Positions 61,619-64,000 of a stretch of 64,000 nucleotides of DNA are shown here, one piece after another. The stretch spans positions 1-64,000 of the IMG/VR virus record IMGVR_UViG_3300011785_000001; one strand, given 5' to 3'. This DNA is from an uncultured virus (IMG/VR IMGVR_UViG_3300011785_000001) (lineage: Duplodnaviria > Heunggongvirae > Uroviricota > Caudoviricetes). Each line of letters opens with the position of its first letter. Position 1 is the stretch's first letter. The translations under genes and the position numbers were made by a program. The notes under the pieces were generated by a model, which worked only from the letters and a program-made list of their open reading frames with translations, was not told the origin of the DNA and did not search any database.

Positions 61619-62192
61619 TAACCTCCTTAAACATTAACTCTTTTAACAGATTTTTTCTTCCAATTTTTGTTCTTGGTATTTCGTTGACAACCACCCCAAA
61701 AGACAATAATACCTCAAGAACTTTTTCATCAGATTTAGAAGTTAAAATGTAATCTTTCATCTTCTTAGCTTCTTCAAAAGAGATATTGTTTCTTGCAGCG
61801 TAAGTTAATGCACCATGACAAGATTTACACACAACACGCAAGTCATCTTCTGAAACAATGCAAATACTCTCAAAGAAACCTTGTATATCAGAAACCTGTT
61901 TCAGTGAATATGTACCACCATTTTTGTGATCAACTTCAATCTCTTTCATTGGAAAGTCTTTATTACAAATCTCACACTCAGCGCCCATCACAGTAGGCTT
62001 AGTGTTTCGTGGCTTACCGTAGTTAGGGTTTGGAATCTGCTTCTTAACCTTCTTTAATAGCTTAAGTTTCACAGGGTTTTTAGACCAAGCCAATCGAATA
62101 CAACCTCGAATGTATGAAAAGTACGCACTTTCTGTTTTCCATATTTCAGGGTTTTCTTCAAGAATCTTCTTAATCTTGTTATCAATACTCAT
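61608..62192 (-). CDS. HNH endonuclease
   Basis: CEIC..IEVDH..LRVVCKSCH. Confidence 0.8.
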   Translation of the reverse strand: MSIDNKIKKILEENPEIWKTESAYFSYIRGCIRLAWSKNPVKLKLLKKVKKQIPNPNYGKPRNTKPTVMGAECEICNKDFPMKEIEVDHKNGGTYSLKQVSDIQGFFESICIVSEDDLRVVCKSCHGALTYAARNNISFEEAKKMKDYILTSKSDEKVLEVLLSFGVVVNEIPRTKIGRKNLLKELMFKEVNGG

Positions 62193-62626
62193 AACTCATC
62201 CTCTGGAACAAGTCTTCCACCACCACACTTACAAACCATACTCCAGAACTTACTACATGTACAATCCTTCCAAACCATGACAGGAGGAGCTGGAACAAAA
62301 GGTGGTCGTGGTTCACCATCACTAACACCATCAAGATGTCTTGGTTGGTAAGGTGGAATGTTTATAAAAGATTTACGGTTTAACTCTGCCAAGTCTTTTT
62401 CCAAGTATTCTTTGAAATCCCTCATCCTATCTTCAATAGACTTCTTCGATGTGTGTTTCTCGTGTTCTGGAACTTTACCGATAAACCCATTGTTATAAAC
62501 TACAGGGTATTTAACATTCTGGATCAAAGTTAGCTGTTCACGTAACAGTTGTAAATCTTCTTCACTTAATGTCTCTGCATATCGCAACACATCGTATTTA
62601 TCAATATTCAACACTGCACTCTCCAT
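62189..62626 (-). CDS. Hypothetical protein (true start probably ~62611-62614)
   Basis: ORF with C-terminal Cys cluster. Confidence 0.55.
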   Translation of the reverse strand: MESAVLNIDKYDVLRYAETLSEEDLQLLREQLTLIQNVKYPVVYNNGFIGKVPEHEKHTSKKSIEDRMRDFKEYLEKDLAELNRKSFINIPPYQPRHLDGVSDGEPRPPFVPAPPVMVWKDCTCSKFWSMVCKCGGGRLVPEDEL

Positions 62627-63605
62627 CTCTAAAGTCTTTAAACCTACGATCTTTTTCCGTATTCAAACCGTATCTTTTAAAATATCTAATCATGTTAGCA
62701 GATTCAACACCAAATGACTTACAAAAATCTTTAAAACCGCGTTTTCTCTGACGGTAAAAATCATACACAGCTACTAAATCTTCTTTTGAGTAGTTTGTCA
62801 ACGCCTTGTTATACTTACAAGCAACCTCTCCTAAGTACACAATTTCGTATTGTTTCGGAAATCTTTTAACAAATCCAACTGCTTCTTCCCTAGTCATACC
62901 ATATTTACTAAGTCGCTTCTCGGCTGTTTTTACATTAACACCTGTCTCATGACAAGCTTCCAATTTAGACCACCATCTGTTGTTAAAGAAAACCCACTTA
63001 CTGTGGTCTGAGTTCGAGCTGATAGGTTCTATATAGAAGTTCCCTAGCGTGAACCCAAGCTCCTCGTCAATAATCCTTAAAACCTTACTCGAAACATCCA
63101 AACCAATACACCTGTCTTCCAAGTGTATAGCAAACAACTTAAACCCGTAGTCCGTTAGAAAATTGAAGTCTATAGGTAAATTACGCTGTTTACACGAATC
63201 CAAAAGTTTCGCAAACTTGTTATAAAGAGTTTGATTAACAATACCACCGTGTTTGTAGTTTGATTTTATACCGCTAAAATAACCACCCACTGCAATGTTC
63301 CAACCAACCCTTTCAACAGGTCTTAGTAAAAACTCCTTGTTTTGTATATAATCTGTACTACCACAGTCTATCACTGAAAACAACAAGTCTTCGCTGTTGA
63401 AAGACTTTAAAAAGTCTCTTGTATAATAAGCTCGTTTAGGTTTGTAATTTTTCAATGCACTATTGTGAGCCATTAACCTTCTACTTGGGTTGTTTGTTAT
63501 CCCAACATAACCCTCAGTAAACATGTCTTTATGAGTCTTCTTTCTAATCCAATAGAGGTAGCATTCATGTGAATACTTAATGTCTTTTGTATCATTAATA
63601 ATCAA
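62601..63605 (-). CDS. GIY-YIG-type homing endonuclease
   Basis: YLYWI..GYVGIT..RR..H, EFLLRP..GWNIAVGG. Confidence 0.7.
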   Translation of the reverse strand: MIINDTKDIKYSHECYLYWIRKKTHKDMFTEGYVGITNNPSRRLMAHNSALKNYKPKRAYYTRDFLKSFNSEDLLFSVIDCGSTDYIQNKEFLLRPVERVGWNIAVGGYFSGIKSNYKHGGIVNQTLYNKFAKLLDSCKQRNLPIDFNFLTDYGFKLFAIHLEDRCIGLDVSSKVLRIIDEELGFTLGNFYIEPISSNSDHSKWVFFNNRWWSKLEACHETGVNVKTAEKRLSKYGMTREEAVGFVKRFPKQYEIVYLGEVACKYNKALTNYSKEDLVAVYDFYRQRKRGFKDFCKSFGVESANMIRYFKRYGLNTEKDRRFKDFRDGECSVEY

Positions 63606-64000
63606 TACAATACTCCTTTAGTAAACTCTCAAATGTCACAGAATCATTGTCCTTGATTCTCATATATGCACAAGAGAAATAAAGCTCTGTTAGCGACAAC
63701 CAATTGTGTTTCTGATGACTACCATCCCAAGCAGTATACTCAATAACTTCTGGAAGCTTTGTTTTAAGGTTTTCAACAGTTTTAGTAAGAACTTCTTCTA
63801 TGGTTTTTAAATCCTTAAAATCCTTATAAAAACTCTTTTCACCATACTGTTTCTGATAAAACTGATTCAAGCAGTAGTTGTCAATTTTATCATACAAAGT
63901 TGTTTGGAACATTAACCACTTCATTCCACAACCCTTGATACCAGCAGAGGTTTCCCACAACTTCCCAACACCACCTTTGTAATCTGTGGTTGATTTATCG
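63595..64000 (-). CDS. C-terminal part of a probable 5'-3' exonuclease (runs off window end)
   Basis: FQ.TLYDKIDNY motif, position in the DNA metabolism operon. Confidence 0.55.
   Translation of the reverse strand, partial: DKSTTDYKGGVGKLWETSAGIKGCGMKWLMFQTTLYDKIDNYCLNQFYQKQYGEKSFYKDFKDLKTIEEVLTKTVENLKTKLPEVIEYTAWDGSHQKHNWLSLTELYFSCAYMRIKDNDSVTFESLLKEYCIDY

Noticed and set aside
1..64000. Alternative genetic code or stop-codon reassignment
   Set aside because: Known genes translate full length with the standard code and no suppressor tRNA was seen

Overview
The window is a 64-kb part of a large, AT-rich, apparently lytic myovirus genome (contractile tail sheath). The host is probably Acinetobacter or a related Moraxellaceae; this is inferred from small accessory ORFs that resemble Acinetobacter prophage genes. 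Layout: (1) 1-12.7 kb, minus strand, morphogenesis operon: two tandem sheath-like paralogs, collagen-repeat fibre, neck/adaptor genes, major capsid, decoration protein, S49 protease/scaffold, portal, terminases, SleB-type hydrolase, thioredoxin. (2) 12.7-14.3 kb, a nearly ORF-free, densely base-paired region behind a sigma70-type promoter, with two tRNA-Ser genes, a tRNA-like RNA with an expanded anticodon arm, and further structured domains. (3) 16.7-33 kb, plus strand: SF2-helicase-like gene, GIY-YIG, Ser/Thr phosphatase, Dam-like MTase, GroES, PhoH, ClpP, embedded spanins, HNH genes. (4) 33-38.7 kb, small minus-strand ORFs and long non-coding stretches (possible terminal/pre-early region and origin). 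(5) 38.7-49 kb, plus strand: second SF2-helicase-like gene, RNA ligase + PNK, many small ORFs. (6) 49-64 kb, minus strand, nucleotide metabolism and nucleases: ThyX-like, glutaredoxin, NrdAB, MazG-like, exonucleases, homing endonucleases. Most notable observations: the ncRNA cluster; HNH cassettes flanked by diverged duplicates of their target, two of which appear to supply a replacement 3' end for the upstream gene; two distant helicase-like genes preceded by related non-coding blocks; a repeated GTACC/GGTAC hairpin beside ribosome-binding sites; and promoters embedded in terminator-like hairpins. All calls come from reading the sequence by eye; no database search or folding program was run. 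Two 10-N assembly gaps (404-413, 24843-24852) break ORFs.
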